A DNA stretch of 64,000 bases from Bacteroidota bacterium. Its GTDB lineage: Bacteria; Bacteroidota; Bacteroidia; UKL13-3. Below, piece by piece: positions 47,038 through 56,590 of this stretch. How positions within the stretch are numbered: the first letter of the stretch is position 1; every line of letters starts with the position of its first letter. The stretch is from assembly GCA_051715425.1 (NCBI GenBank), contig JBPXJS010000011.1, positions 33,581 through 97,580 of the forward strand, read 5' to 3'. The notes beneath the pieces are model-generated. The model was not told the origin of the DNA, did not search any database, and saw only the letters and a list, made by a program, of their open reading frames with translations. Both the position numbers and the translations under genes were made by a program.

Positions 47038-47058
47038 TTGATAAAAAGTATTGTGAAA

Positions 47059-47087
47059 TAAAAAACCCCGGCATGCCGGGGTTTTTT
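47059..47087. terminator. Bidirectional rho-independent terminator between HU (+) and the DEAD-box helicase (-)
   Basis: AAAAAAA-CCCCGGCATGCCGGGG-TTTTTT. A perfect 16-nt GC-rich palindrome is flanked by an A-run and a T-run. Confidence 0.85.
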
Positions 47088-47107
47088 GTTGTATAAAGTT
47101 GATATAA

Positions 47108-48946
47108 TTATCCTTTTCTTCTGGAGAAACCTCCACGGTCGCCACTTCCACCTTCTCTTCTTCCTCCTCCACCATAAGAACGGTTTCCTGATCCACCTCT
47201 GTCTCCACCGTATGAGCGGCCTCCACCACCTTCACGTCTTCCTCCACCGCCACCATATCCTCCACCACCGGAGCGTCTTCTTCCACCTCCACCGTATCCG
47301 CCTTCATCACCACCACGACCTTTAGAGTAACTTTTATCCTGCTGTTCACCGGAAACTTCAACACGCACATTTCTTCCGTGATAATTGCTTCCATGCAAAC
47401 CTTTGGTTACCTGATCTACTACTTCCGGGTCAACATTAATAAAAGAGTATACTCCTTTTACATCAATGCGCAACAATTGTTTGCCGGTAATACCGGTAAG
47501 TTCCAATACCAGGTCTTTCAGTGATCCGGTATTTAAACCATCTTTAGAACCAATGCTCACAAACAATCTTGCTCCGCGGCCTTTGGCATCTCCTTCGGCA
47601 CGGCTCGAATCCCTGTCCTGAACATTCAGATCAGGTGCATTCATATAATCCGCACTAAATCTTCTTAACTCAAGGGAAAGCATTTTTTTCAATACTTCTT
47701 CCTTATCCAGCAGCAATAATGGCTTCAGGTGTTTCTCTACCACATCATCAAAAAATGTTTCTTCAATTTCTGTAGAGTTAATGGTATCAATAAAAGCTAG
47801 TAGTTTTTTATCACGAACCTCCATTGCTGATGGAACGAGTACGCGCTTAAATTTGATATTGGCTAATTTTTCAATTTCACGCAGGCGGTAAAATTCTCTT
47901 ACATTTAATAAGGTAAGTGAGGTACCTGTTTTTCCTGCGCGGGCTGTACGTCCGCTGCGGTGTGTGTAATTTTCAATATCATCAGGCAAATGGAAATGGA
48001 TAACGTGGGTTAATCCGCTTACATCAATACCGCGTGCAGCCACGTCTGTTGCCAATAATATTTTAATGGCATGATGGCGGAAACGGTTCATTACCTTTTC
48101 GCGTTGCGACTGGCTTAAATCACCATGCAGGCAATCTGCATTGTAGCCATCACGTATCAGCTTATCGCTTATATCCTGAGTCTCATGTTTGGTTGTACAA
48201 AAGATAATGCCATAGAAGTGATCACTGGTGTAATCAAGAATACGTTTCATGGCAGCATATTTATCCTTTGCGTGAACTACTGCGTACTCATGTGCAATAT
48301 TTACGTTTGATGAGTTGGCTTTACCAACAGATACCTCTACAGGATCTTTCATGTAGCGGTCGGCAATTTGCCTGATCTCTTTTGGCATGGTAGCACTGAA
48401 AAGGCATACGCGTTTGCTGTCGGGTGTTACAGACAGGATGTTTTCAATATCATCCCTGAAACCCATGTTCAGCATTTCATCTGCTTCATCAAGCACCACA
48501 TACTTAATATTTTTAATGTTTACAGCTTTACGCTCCATTAAATCCATCAGGCGGCCAGGGGTGGCTACCACAATATGTGCTCCCTTGCGCAGTTCATCCA
48601 TCTGGCCAAAAATGCTGGCTCCACCATAAACGGCAACCACACGCACATTTTTCATATGTGTGCTGTAACTGCTCAGGTCGCGTGAAATCTGCATGCACAA
48701 CTCGCGGGTTGGGCAAATAATAAGGGTTTGTGTGCTTTTTGCACTAAAATCTGTGAGCTGCAAAATGGGTAAACCAAATGCTGCTGTTTTTCCGGTACCG
48801 GTTTGTGCTAATCCTAAAATGTCTCTTTCAGTTTCTAAAAAAACAGGAATGGACTTCTCCTGAATAGGCGTGGGAGTTTCAAATCCCAGTTCCGAGATGG
48901 CGCTTAAGACGGACGCGTCCAAGCCCAGGTCGTTAAATGTTGTCAA
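47108..48946 (-). CDS. DEAD-box ATP-dependent RNA helicase (DeaD/CsdA-like) with DbpA-type domain and a C-terminal RGG/GY-rich low-complexity tail
   Basis: Q-motif, AQTGTGKT, DEAD (VLDEADEM), SAT, HRSGRTARAG. The last 80 aa or so read GGYGGGGRRRSGGGGYGGGGGRREGGGGRSYGGDRGG... Confidence 0.9.
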   Translation of the reverse strand: MTTFNDLGLDASVLSAISELGFETPTPIQEKSIPVFLETERDILGLAQTGTGKTAAFGLPILQLTDFSAKSTQTLIICPTRELCMQISRDLSSYSTHMKNVRVVAVYGGASIFGQMDELRKGAHIVVATPGRLMDLMERKAVNIKNIKYVVLDEADEMLNMGFRDDIENILSVTPDSKRVCLFSATMPKEIRQIADRYMKDPVEVSVGKANSSNVNIAHEYAVVHAKDKYAAMKRILDYTSDHFYGIIFCTTKHETQDISDKLIRDGYNADCLHGDLSQSQREKVMNRFRHHAIKILLATDVAARGIDVSGLTHVIHFHLPDDIENYTHRSGRTARAGKTGTSLTLLNVREFYRLREIEKLANIKFKRVLVPSAMEVRDKKLLAFIDTINSTEIEETFFDDVVEKHLKPLLLLDKEEVLKKMLSLELRRFSADYMNAPDLNVQDRDSSRAEGDAKGRGARLFVSIGSKDGLNTGSLKDLVLELTGITGKQLLRIDVKGVYSFINVDPEVVDQVTKGLHGSNYHGRNVRVEVSGEQQDKSYSKGRGGDEGGYGGGGRRRSGGGGYGGGGGRREGGGGRSYGGDRGGSGNRSYGGGGRREGGSGDRGGFSRRKG

Positions 48947-49061
48947 TGTACGTTGTTTATTAAAATGAGCGGCAAAGATAGGTGCAATGTTTGGAAAAAC
49001 AGCGAGGGTCAGACAAAATAATGCCTAACCCTCAGCCGTATATGAAAAAACTACTACTTAA

Positions 49062-52000
49062 TTACTCATACCTGATCAGCTTGTGAATAATGCTCTTTCC
49101 CCCGTCTGTACTGATATGTACTGTATATATTCCTACCTGTTTGGTGGCAAAAGCCGAAGCTAAATTTATTTCTTCATCACTGCACGATATATGCTTTATT
49201 TCTTTTCCGGTGAGGTCGGTAATTCGAATCTGAAGCATCAATTTATCCGGATTGGTTAAAACAACCTCTGCATTACTTGGATTTGGATAAAGCACAATAC
49301 CGTTTGTCTTATCTTCTTCTTTTTCGAAAACAAGAACCTCAGAATATTCATACGAACCGTTTTTATCTGCTATACGCAAACGAAAATAGTTTTTTCCATG
49401 GCGGATATGAATACCGGTACTTTTGTATTCTAAAAGGGAAGAGGAGTTGCCGGCTGCTTTAATGGTTTCCATTTCTTCAAAGTGTTTTCCATCATTGCTT
49501 TTTTCTACAATAAAGTGAGAGGTATTTACCTCAGATGATGTTTGCCAGTGCAGATAAACCTCATTTTGCTTTTGGTAACCCGCAAATTGTACCAGGGTTA
49601 CAGGTAAAGAACCACCACCGGGTGAAATCACCATATAAAACCTGAACTCACCGTAGGAAAGCGGGTTTGCAGTGGTGGTATTAAAAGGGTATTGGTATCC
49701 ATTGGTAATATCTGTGGTTGTATTCAGGTATTTGTCTACAAGCGTTGCGGTAGTTCCACTGCTCCAGTTTCCGTTGGCAAAGTTTAAGGAAAAGGATTTG
49801 TTTGTTGCCGGAAGTCTCATACAAAGAGCAACGGTATCTGTTGTTGAGGGAATACCTATTCCGTTAAAAACATACCTGGTGGTATCGCCCGGAACAAAAG
49901 ATGCAATGGTTTGATTGCCATAGCCGGCTTTGGTCATATCAAACAGGATATTAAATCCTTTGGTGGCTTGCTGATGCAGGTATACAACTGTTTCATCAAG
50001 CCTGCCTGTATCTGCAAGTGTGATCTTTACATTATTATTATTGCTCACACCGGATTTGCCAAAAAAACCTTTATGGCTATCATCCCTTAATTTGTATTTT
50101 TCTTCAAAAACCAGGTTGGTATTGCCGTTGGCCAAAGCAAAAAATCCCTGACCAGATTCTATCACAGGAGAACCGCCATTAACAGATCCACCTACCGGAT
50201 GCCAGTTGGAGTATGAAGCTGATTTGGGGTTGTATACATAAGTTCCCGGTGAAATATTGCTGCCACGCGCTGCCACCCAATCAGGATGATTCCAGTCAAT
50301 ATCCGATGCGTAGGGATTACCCACGAGGTTAAACCCTTTTCCTTTTGAGTTGGTACGGGTGAGCGGAACAGTGAGTTGTCCGGTATGAAGTGTACCTTTT
50401 GCCCTGATGGTAACACTGCTTGTATTGTTTAGTAAAAGAGTGAGCAGGTCGCAACCATCGCTCCTTTTTCCTCTTACCAATACATTATATCCTTTGCCTG
50501 GTTCGAGTAAAGTATTTGATGTGCCTGATGGTGTTTCCCAACGTCCATTAGTTTCGCTGTACATCTGAAGCGATGGACTGTTAAAATCTGTGGCGTCAAA
50601 TCCGTTGCTGTGTTTGTTAAAAGAAGGGCAGGGGCTTCCACCTGATCCCTGTCCGGTAATATGTATACTATCCTGCCAGCTGGCTTCTATACTCACTCCT
50701 GAAACGGGTGCGGCCAGAAACCGCCACTTGCGAAGATTCTCTCCGCCCTGAATAAAACGTTCAACAGTTACGGCACCTGATATATAAGTACCCGAGGGCA
50801 TTTCAGCTATACGCGCTGTACCTATAGAATCTGAAACAAGGGTTAAAAATCCGTTACTAACTACACCACCGGTTTGTATTTCCAGTTCATCGAGTATGTA
50901 TGTTTCACTGCTCAATGTAATACCGGCCGCATTATTCACATGCATGCTGGTAAAGGTATCGCCTCTTATCACCTGCGCGGCAGAACCATCCAACGCAATA
51001 TCCGATGTTATGGTAGTTAGTTCACCGCTTAAGGTGTTGCTGCCTGCCAAAAATATTTTTGAATGATTAAAAAGTAAATTTCCCGTTCCGGATATGCTGC
51101 CATTGATATCTACTGTATCACAGTTCAGATGAATGGAAATAATTCCGGTATCAATATTATTATTCAGGATAAAATTTCCCTGTACAACAAATTTAAGATC
51201 GTTAATGGTTATTGTTCTTGGTGATAAGCCGGTATTAACAGTTAAATTTCCATAAGGTATGCCATTCCTGATTGTTTGCGAAACATGGCCGGCACCGTAA
51301 ATAAGGGTTGATGTGGCATGCAGCTGAATATGATTATCCGTGAAGCCCGCAGGAAATTGAATGGGATTATTTTCTCCGTTATTTCCTATTACCACCGTTA
51401 CACCAGATCCAACGGTAAATAGCCCGCTGTCTGTTCCGGTAATTGCAGCTGCAGCTCCTGTTAGCGTGAGGCGACCGGCATTCAGTGTAAAGTTTTTATC
51501 TATACGCACAGAACCATTCACTGTTAAATTTCCTGCCCCGCTTTTTATGAGGTGATAGAATCGGATATTTTTAGCTGTTTGAGAGCCTGCATTATTATAT
51601 TCAACCGTATTGCCGGGTGCAGAAGCGGTTAACACACCCATAGCAGATAATAAACTTCCGTTCACTTTTAAAGTGCTGTATGAATCATTGATAAAGGTGC
51701 CGTTGGCATTGTTGGCTGTAAGGTTACCTGTGATCTGAATGGAAGTTTTGTTGGTGAGGTTTATGGCTCCGGAAATAACCATATTACCACCAAAAGTGAT
51801 CGGGGTATTTGATACAATCTCCTGATGGTTGGTGGAGAAAGTATAAGCACCTGTTCCCGGGGTAAATATGCCCTGATTGCTAATTCCGTTTCGGATGGTT
51901 ACGGGATTATTGCTGCTTATTTTATAAGTACCGTTAACGGTGAGTTTGCCTAATATGATAGTGCCTGCCACCAGATCGTCATACAAGGTACCATTCACCA

Positions 52001-53423
52001 GCGTAGTTCCTGTTACATTGAGGGTGCTGTTTCTTAAATTATATATACTGCCTGCATTAATAACCAGATTATTTAATATAATTACTTCTCTGTTATTGTT
52101 TTTTAAAGTGTCTTTGGTGGCTACTACCAAATCATTAAAAGTGGCAGGAGATCCGGATGACATGGTGATATTCTGGGTAACTGTTCCATTAAATTTTACT
52201 ACACTTCCTGCGGTGGCAAACGGGGCGATGGAACCTCTTGTAAAGTTCCCGCGAATATAAATGGTGTCGGTATTTTGTAAGGTGCGTGTACCGGCTGTGG
52301 CACTTGACGCAATGAGGTTCATATAACTACCGCTCACTATGGTTTGATTGGTGGTTGAATTGGTGTAACTCACTGTTCCCACCCAGGTGACACCTGAAGG
52401 TAAAGGACTTGTGGAGTTATTGGTGGTTTGTAACGTACCGGTACCGGCAGTGGTAAAAACCCCGTCAAGCTTGTAGGCCGACATATTAAAGGTTGTTGAA
52501 TAGGTGAGCAGGCCGGTTACGGTTATATTTCCCCTTGCAGTTTTGGTGCCTGAGTTAATTACAGAAAGGTTGCTGTACGTGCCTGGTTGAATGCTTTGCG
52601 TATTCGTGCGATCAAAGATTACCGTATTGATCCAGGTAACTCCTGAAGGAATAGGTGATGTGCTGCTGTTTTGGGTTCTTATTGTTCCGGTTCCTGCATT
52701 GCTGAGTGTACCAGAAAGCAGGTAAGTACCCATATTTAATGTACCTGAATTATTCAGAATGCCATTTATATTTAAGGTTCCACTCGCGGTTTTAGTTGCT
52801 GTAACCGGTATAGTGAGGTGATGATAAGTGGCTGCCGGAATGGTTTGTGTGCCCGGAGCATCAAATATAACGGTGCTTGAGTTGCTGTAACTGGCTGTAT
52901 AGGTTGTTATTTCTACGGTACCTCCATAATATATCCTTCCTGATGAGGTAATTTCAATGCGGTTTTCTGCAGAACTGCTGCCATTAAAGTCCGTTAACCC
53001 ATTAATATCAGCACTTCCGGTTGTAATGGATAAAATGGTTCTGCTGTTGGATGTATTATTAGCCATTACCATGGAACCCGCAGTAAGTGTTCCGGCATTT
53101 ACGTTCAACCTTTTGGTAATTCCACTCCGTCCGGGATTTAAAAAATTGAGCGACCGGGTAATATTTAGCGAATTGCTTCCACTTATAGTTACAGTGGTAT
53201 TGGTGCTGCCGTTTAGAATAGTTAGAGCCCGGCAGTTTGCTGCTGTATTAATGGTGCAGTTTGCCCCATTGGCTATCAGTACAGAATCAGAAACACCCGG
53301 AATGCCATTATTCCATCGTCCGGCATCAGTCCAGTTGCCCGTCCCGCTGAAAGTAGTTGTTACCTGTGCAGAGCCCACACAAGCAAAAACAATCAAGCAT
53401 AGTGATACAAGTAAAGACTTCAT
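49062..53423 (-). CDS. Giant (about 1450 aa) repetitive beta-helix-like surface/adhesin protein with T9SS C-terminal sorting domain
   Basis: The ATG at 53423 gives the signal peptide MKSLLVSLCLIVFACVGSAQ. T/N/G/S-rich repeats are present (AGTGTIRTQNSSTSPIPSGVTWINTV / AGTGTLQTTNNSTSPLPSGVTWVGTV). An Ig/FN3-like module (VTLVQFAGYQKQNEVYLHWQTSSEVNTSHFIVEKSNDG) follows. The CTD reads LYPNPSNAEVVLTN...GIYTVHISTDGGKSIIHKLIRYE. Confidence 0.8.
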   Translation of the reverse strand: MKSLLVSLCLIVFACVGSAQVTTTFSGTGNWTDAGRWNNGIPGVSDSVLIANGANCTINTAANCRALTILNGSTNTTVTISGSNSLNITRSLNFLNPGRSGITKRLNVNAGTLTAGSMVMANNTSNSRTILSITTGSADINGLTDFNGSSSAENRIEITSSGRIYYGGTVEITTYTASYSNSSTVIFDAPGTQTIPAATYHHLTIPVTATKTASGTLNINGILNNSGTLNMGTYLLSGTLSNAGTGTIRTQNSSTSPIPSGVTWINTVIFDRTNTQSIQPGTYSNLSVINSGTKTARGNITVTGLLTYSTTFNMSAYKLDGVFTTAGTGTLQTTNNSTSPLPSGVTWVGTVSYTNSTTNQTIVSGSYMNLIASSATAGTRTLQNTDTIYIRGNFTRGSIAPFATAGSVVKFNGTVTQNITMSSGSPATFNDLVVATKDTLKNNNREVIILNNLVINAGSIYNLRNSTLNVTGTTLVNGTLYDDLVAGTIILGKLTVNGTYKISSNNPVTIRNGISNQGIFTPGTGAYTFSTNHQEIVSNTPITFGGNMVISGAINLTNKTSIQITGNLTANNANGTFINDSYSTLKVNGSLLSAMGVLTASAPGNTVEYNNAGSQTAKNIRFYHLIKSGAGNLTVNGSVRIDKNFTLNAGRLTLTGAAAAITGTDSGLFTVGSGVTVVIGNNGENNPIQFPAGFTDNHIQLHATSTLIYGAGHVSQTIRNGIPYGNLTVNTGLSPRTITINDLKFVVQGNFILNNNIDTGIISIHLNCDTVDINGSISGTGNLLFNHSKIFLAGSNTLSGELTTITSDIALDGSAAQVIRGDTFTSMHVNNAAGITLSSETYILDELEIQTGGVVSNGFLTLVSDSIGTARIAEMPSGTYISGAVTVERFIQGGENLRKWRFLAAPVSGVSIEASWQDSIHITGQGSGGSPCPSFNKHSNGFDATDFNSPSLQMYSETNGRWETPSGTSNTLLEPGKGYNVLVRGKRSDGCDLLTLLLNNTSSVTIRAKGTLHTGQLTVPLTRTNSKGKGFNLVGNPYASDIDWNHPDWVAARGSNISPGTYVYNPKSASYSNWHPVGGSVNGGSPVIESGQGFFALANGNTNLVFEEKYKLRDDSHKGFFGKSGVSNNNNVKITLADTGRLDETVVYLHQQATKGFNILFDMTKAGYGNQTIASFVPGDTTRYVFNGIGIPSTTDTVALCMRLPATNKSFSLNFANGNWSSGTTATLVDKYLNTTTDITNGYQYPFNTTTANPLSYGEFRFYMVISPGGGSLPVTLVQFAGYQKQNEVYLHWQTSSEVNTSHFIVEKSNDGKHFEEMETIKAAGNSSSLLEYKSTGIHIRHGKNYFRLRIADKNGSYEYSEVLVFEKEEDKTNGIVLYPNPSNAEVVLTNPDKLMLQIRITDLTGKEIKHISCSDEEINLASAFATKQVGIYTVHISTDGGKSIIHKLIRYE

Positions 53424-53635
53424 AAACATAGGAAATAGTGCAGTACAAAGATATAGAACAAAAAAGCATAAAAACAAAATAAACGGAATAATAATGAAAT
53501 AAACAGCTGTATTGTGGTACGAAATAATTAAACCAGAATGAGAAATAAATGTGACGTAACTTTCAGGTAATCAGTAAAAAAGTATTTGAAGGATTTTAAA
53601 TTTAGCCTGCTAAAACTACCCCATAAAAAAAATGG

Positions 53636-53643
53636 TAACTTTG
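53636..53643 (+). promoter_or_regulatory. Candidate -7 promoter box (TAACTTTG)
   Basis: Matches TAnnTTTG and lies 20 nt upstream of the ATG at 53663. Confidence 0.35.
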
Positions 53644-53662
53644 AACTTCAATTTTTCAAAAA

Positions 53663-54670
53663 ATGAGCATTAAGGAACATTTAGACAAAAGAATTTTGAT
53701 TTTGGACGGTGCCATGGGTACCATGATCCAACGTTATAAACCGGAAGAGCAGGATTTCAGAAACGAGGCATTAAAAAATCACCCCCATTCTCTTAAAGGG
53801 AATAATGATTTATTATCCGTTACCCGGCCTGATATTATTAAAGCCATACACGCCCAATACCTTGAAGCCGGAGCTGATATTATTGAAACCAATACCTTTA
53901 GCGGAACAACAGTTGCCCAGGCTGATTATCGTCTGGGAGAAGATTGGGTGTGGGAAATCAATTATCAGTCGGCAAAACTGGCCCGTGAGGTAGCCGATGA
54001 ATTTACCAAACGTAATCCGGCAAAACCTCGTTTTGTTGCCGGAGCCATGGGACCTACTACAAAATTGGCCTCTATGTCGCCCGATGTAAACAACCCGGGT
54101 TACCGCGCAGTATCTTTTGATGAATTGGCCAAAGCATTTAAACTTCAGGTAAAAGCATTGATAGAAGGAGGGGTGGATTTGTTGCTTATTGAAACCATTA
54201 CAGATACCCTGAATGCGAAGGCGGCTTTGTATGCTGCTCAGGAATATTTCGAAGAAACCGGTAAAACATACCCGGTAATGATTTCCGGTACGATAACGGA
54301 TGCGTCAGGAAGAACTTTATCCGGACAAACAACAGAAGCGTTTCTGATTTCGGTGCAGCATGTGCCTTTATTAAGTATAGGTTTAAATTGTGCCCTTGGT
54401 GCAAGCGCTTTGCGTCCTTACCTCCAGGTATTATCAAATAAAGCACCATTTTATATAAGTGCCTATCCCAACGCAGGTTTACCAAACGAAATGGGGCAAT
54501 ACGATGAAAGCCCGGCAGCCATGGCCAAACAGGTAGAGGAATTTTGCAAAGAAGGATTGGTAAATATACTTGGCGGTTGTTGCGGAACAACTCCGGATCA
54601 TATAAAAGCCATTGCAGAAGCGGCTGCAAAACATACCCCGAGAAAATTGAATGTTGCGGTTGCCATGTAA
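53663..54670 (+). CDS. Homocysteine S-methyltransferase domain protein (stand-alone MetH N-terminal Hcy-binding module)
   Basis: 335 aa. [14 protein letters not shown], the NCALG motif, and the Zn-binding motif [11 protein letters not shown]. The ORF ends right after the Hcy domain. Confidence 0.85.
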   Translation: MSIKEHLDKRILILDGAMGTMIQRYKPEEQDFRNEALKNHPHSLKGNNDLLSVTRPDIIKAIHAQYLEAGADIIETNTFSGTTVAQADYRLGEDWVWEINYQSAKLAREVADEFTKRNPAKPRFVAGAMGPTTKLASMSPDVNNPGYRAVSFDELAKAFKLQVKALIEGGVDLLLIETITDTLNAKAALYAAQEYFEETGKTYPVMISGTITDASGRTLSGQTTEAFLISVQHVPLLSIGLNCALGASALRPYLQVLSNKAPFYISAYPNAGLPNEMGQYDESPAAMAKQVEEFCKEGLVNILGGCCGTTPDHIKAIAEAAAKHTPRKLNVAVAM

Positions 54671-54695
54671 CTTAAATAAACACGTATAAGCAATA

Positions 54696-54830
54696 TGGTT
54701 AATGCGCAGCTTATTATAGTTATCCTACTTATTACCGGAGCGGTTTTGTATATTCTGAAAAGCATGTATAAAAGCGCAAAAGGCCATACCTGCGAACAAG
54801 GCAGTTGTAAATGCAGCAATAAAAAAGTAG
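54696..54830 (+). CDS. Small single-TM ORF (44 aa), possibly a frameshifted TM + Cys-rich mini-protein
   Basis: My own translation gives MVNAQLIIVILLITGAVLYILKSMYKSAKAIPANKAVVNAAIKK. The neighbouring frame from 54782 to 54844 encodes GHTCEQGSCKCSNKKVETGN. Confidence 0.3.
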
Positions 54831-54890
54831 AGACGGGTAACTGATTTTTATGCTATTCCTCTATATTGCTGTTTTAAGCAATAAACCATA

Positions 54891-56582
54891 GTGAGTAATT
54901 CATCTTTGTTCAGAAGAAAATCGGTTAAACAAATTGCGGCCGAAGCCGAAGAACTGCAACAGCAGGAACATCAACTTAAAAAAACGCTTTCATTGAGGGA
55001 TATTACCTCGCTGGGTATAGCTGCTATAATTGGTGCGGGTATTTTTAGTACCATTGGCAATGCCAGTGCTTCAGGTGGTCCGGCAGTTATTTTATTATTT
55101 ATATTTATAGCTATTGCCTGTTCTTTTTCTGCCATGAGTTATGCAGAATTTGCCTCAAGTATTCCTATTTCAGGCAGTGCCTATACCTATGCTTATGCTG
55201 CCTTTGGTGAGGTGGTTGCCTGGATTATCGGGTGGGCATTAATTGTAGAATATGCTATTGGAAATATAGTAGTAGCCATTTCCTGGAGTGATTATTTTAC
55301 CGGGTTAATGGATGGAGTAGGAATGCATATACCGGAATTTCTCACCATGGATTATCTAAGCGCAAAAAATGGTTTTGCAGAGGGTATGGCGGAATTAGCA
55401 AAAGCACCCGGAACGTTGTTGCCACAGTTTATGCAGGATCAGATGCTGGCCTGGCAACAGGCTCCTGAAATATTGGGAATGAAACTGATCTGCGACCTGC
55501 CCGCTTTGGCCATTGTGTTTGCCATCACAGCATTGATTTATCGCGGTGTGCACGAAACAAAAACCGTGGGAAACTATTTTGTTGCACTTAAACTATCTGT
55601 TATTGTTCTGGTAATTATTGTGGGGGCTTTTTATGTGCAGCCTGGTAACTGGAGTCCCTTTGCACCAAACGGAATGGCCGGAGTATTAAAAGGTGTGGCA
55701 TCCGTATTTTTTGCCTATATCGGATTTGATGCCCTTGCCACAACAGCAGAAGAGTGTAAAGATCCAAAACGGGATTTGCCTAAAGCCATGATCGCTTCAT
55801 TAACTATTTGTACGGTATTATATATTCTCATTGCATTAACACTAACAGGTTTGGTAAGCTATAAAGAACTGGCTGTTGGTGATCCGCTTGCTCATGCTTT
55901 TGAACTGATTAACCTGAGGTGGATGCAGGGTATTGTTGCCGTGAGCGCGGTAATTGCTATGGCCAGTGTACTGCTCGTTTTTCAAAACGGGCAACCCAGA
56001 ATCTGGATGAGCATGAGTCGGGACGGGTTGTTACCAAAACGTTTCAGTACCATTCATAAAAAATTTAGAACACCTGCTTTTTCAACTATTGTTACCGGCC
56101 TGTTTGTAGCCATACCTGCCTTGTTTCTAAACCTTAAAGAAGTAACGGATCTGTCGAGCATAGGAACCTTGTTTGCTTTTGTGGTGGTAAATGCCGGAGT
56201 AATCAGGATGGAGAGTCATAAAAATGAATACCATGTGGGTTTCAGGGTGCCTTATTTTAATGGTCGTTTGTTGGTTCCCATCTTATGCCTTGTTTCCCTT
56301 TTTCTGTTTATTGTGTTTGATGATCAGGAAGTGTTTCAACACATAGATAAACGTGAAAACTGGGCTATAGTGTTATTCTGGATATTATTTGTTGTGCTCA
56401 GTACCTTTACTTTTTTAAAGCGTTATTCAGCTATTCCTGTTTTAGGTATGATAACCAATTTTTATCTGATGGCTCAGCTTAATTTTACCAACTGGGCTGC
56501 ATTTATTATCTGGTTATCCATAGGTTTGGTTATTTATCTTACCTACGGAAGGTTTCACAGCAAACTGGCAAAAGCAGCCTGA
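54891..56582 (+). CDS. APC-superfamily amino acid permease
   Basis: 563 aa, GTG start, 12 or more TM helices. Motifs SLRDITSLGIAAIIGAGIF and FAYIGFDALATTAEECKDPKRDLPKA are typical of CAT-type amino acid transporters. Confidence 0.85.
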   Translation: MSNSSLFRRKSVKQIAAEAEELQQQEHQLKKTLSLRDITSLGIAAIIGAGIFSTIGNASASGGPAVILLFIFIAIACSFSAMSYAEFASSIPISGSAYTYAYAAFGEVVAWIIGWALIVEYAIGNIVVAISWSDYFTGLMDGVGMHIPEFLTMDYLSAKNGFAEGMAELAKAPGTLLPQFMQDQMLAWQQAPEILGMKLICDLPALAIVFAITALIYRGVHETKTVGNYFVALKLSVIVLVIIVGAFYVQPGNWSPFAPNGMAGVLKGVASVFFAYIGFDALATTAEECKDPKRDLPKAMIASLTICTVLYILIALTLTGLVSYKELAVGDPLAHAFELINLRWMQGIVAVSAVIAMASVLLVFQNGQPRIWMSMSRDGLLPKRFSTIHKKFRTPAFSTIVTGLFVAIPALFLNLKEVTDLSSIGTLFAFVVVNAGVIRMESHKNEYHVGFRVPYFNGRLLVPILCLVSLFLFIVFDDQEVFQHIDKRENWAIVLFWILFVVLSTFTFLKRYSAIPVLGMITNFYLMAQLNFTNWAAFIIWLSIGLVIYLTYGRFHSKLAKAA

Positions 56583-56590
56583 ATAGTAAA

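Noticed and set aside
47017-47394. Alternative-frame ORFs (125 aa on the minus strand, 79 aa on the plus strand) rich in V/E or H/L, and the repetitive CCACC DNA, considered as a tandem repeat or separate gene
   Set aside because: The repetitiveness is explained by the in-frame RGG/GY tail of the DEAD-box helicase, which continues uninterrupted from the helicase core. The other frames are by-products of the low-complexity DNA.
49004-49033. Possible terminator hairpin (GAGGGT...ACCCTC) downstream of the giant T9SS gene
   Set aside because: The stem is only 6 bp with an 18-nt loop, which is too weak to call. It may equally be part of the helicase 5' leader.
52957-53502. 181-aa plus-strand ORF (and several ORFs of 60-140 aa) antisense to the giant T9SS protein and to the 972-aa protein
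   Set aside because: They are embedded in long, well-supported minus-strand ORFs that have a signal peptide and a T9SS CTD. They have no start context or motifs of their own.
53478-53662. Looked for a SAM, SAH or cobalamin riboswitch upstream of the homocysteine methyltransferase gene, and for a B12 riboswitch at 3403-3737
   Set aside because: I could not recognise a B12 box or any conserved SAM-riboswitch helices. The regions are AT-rich with no evident conserved structure. A covariance-model scan (Rfam/Infernal) would be needed to be certain.
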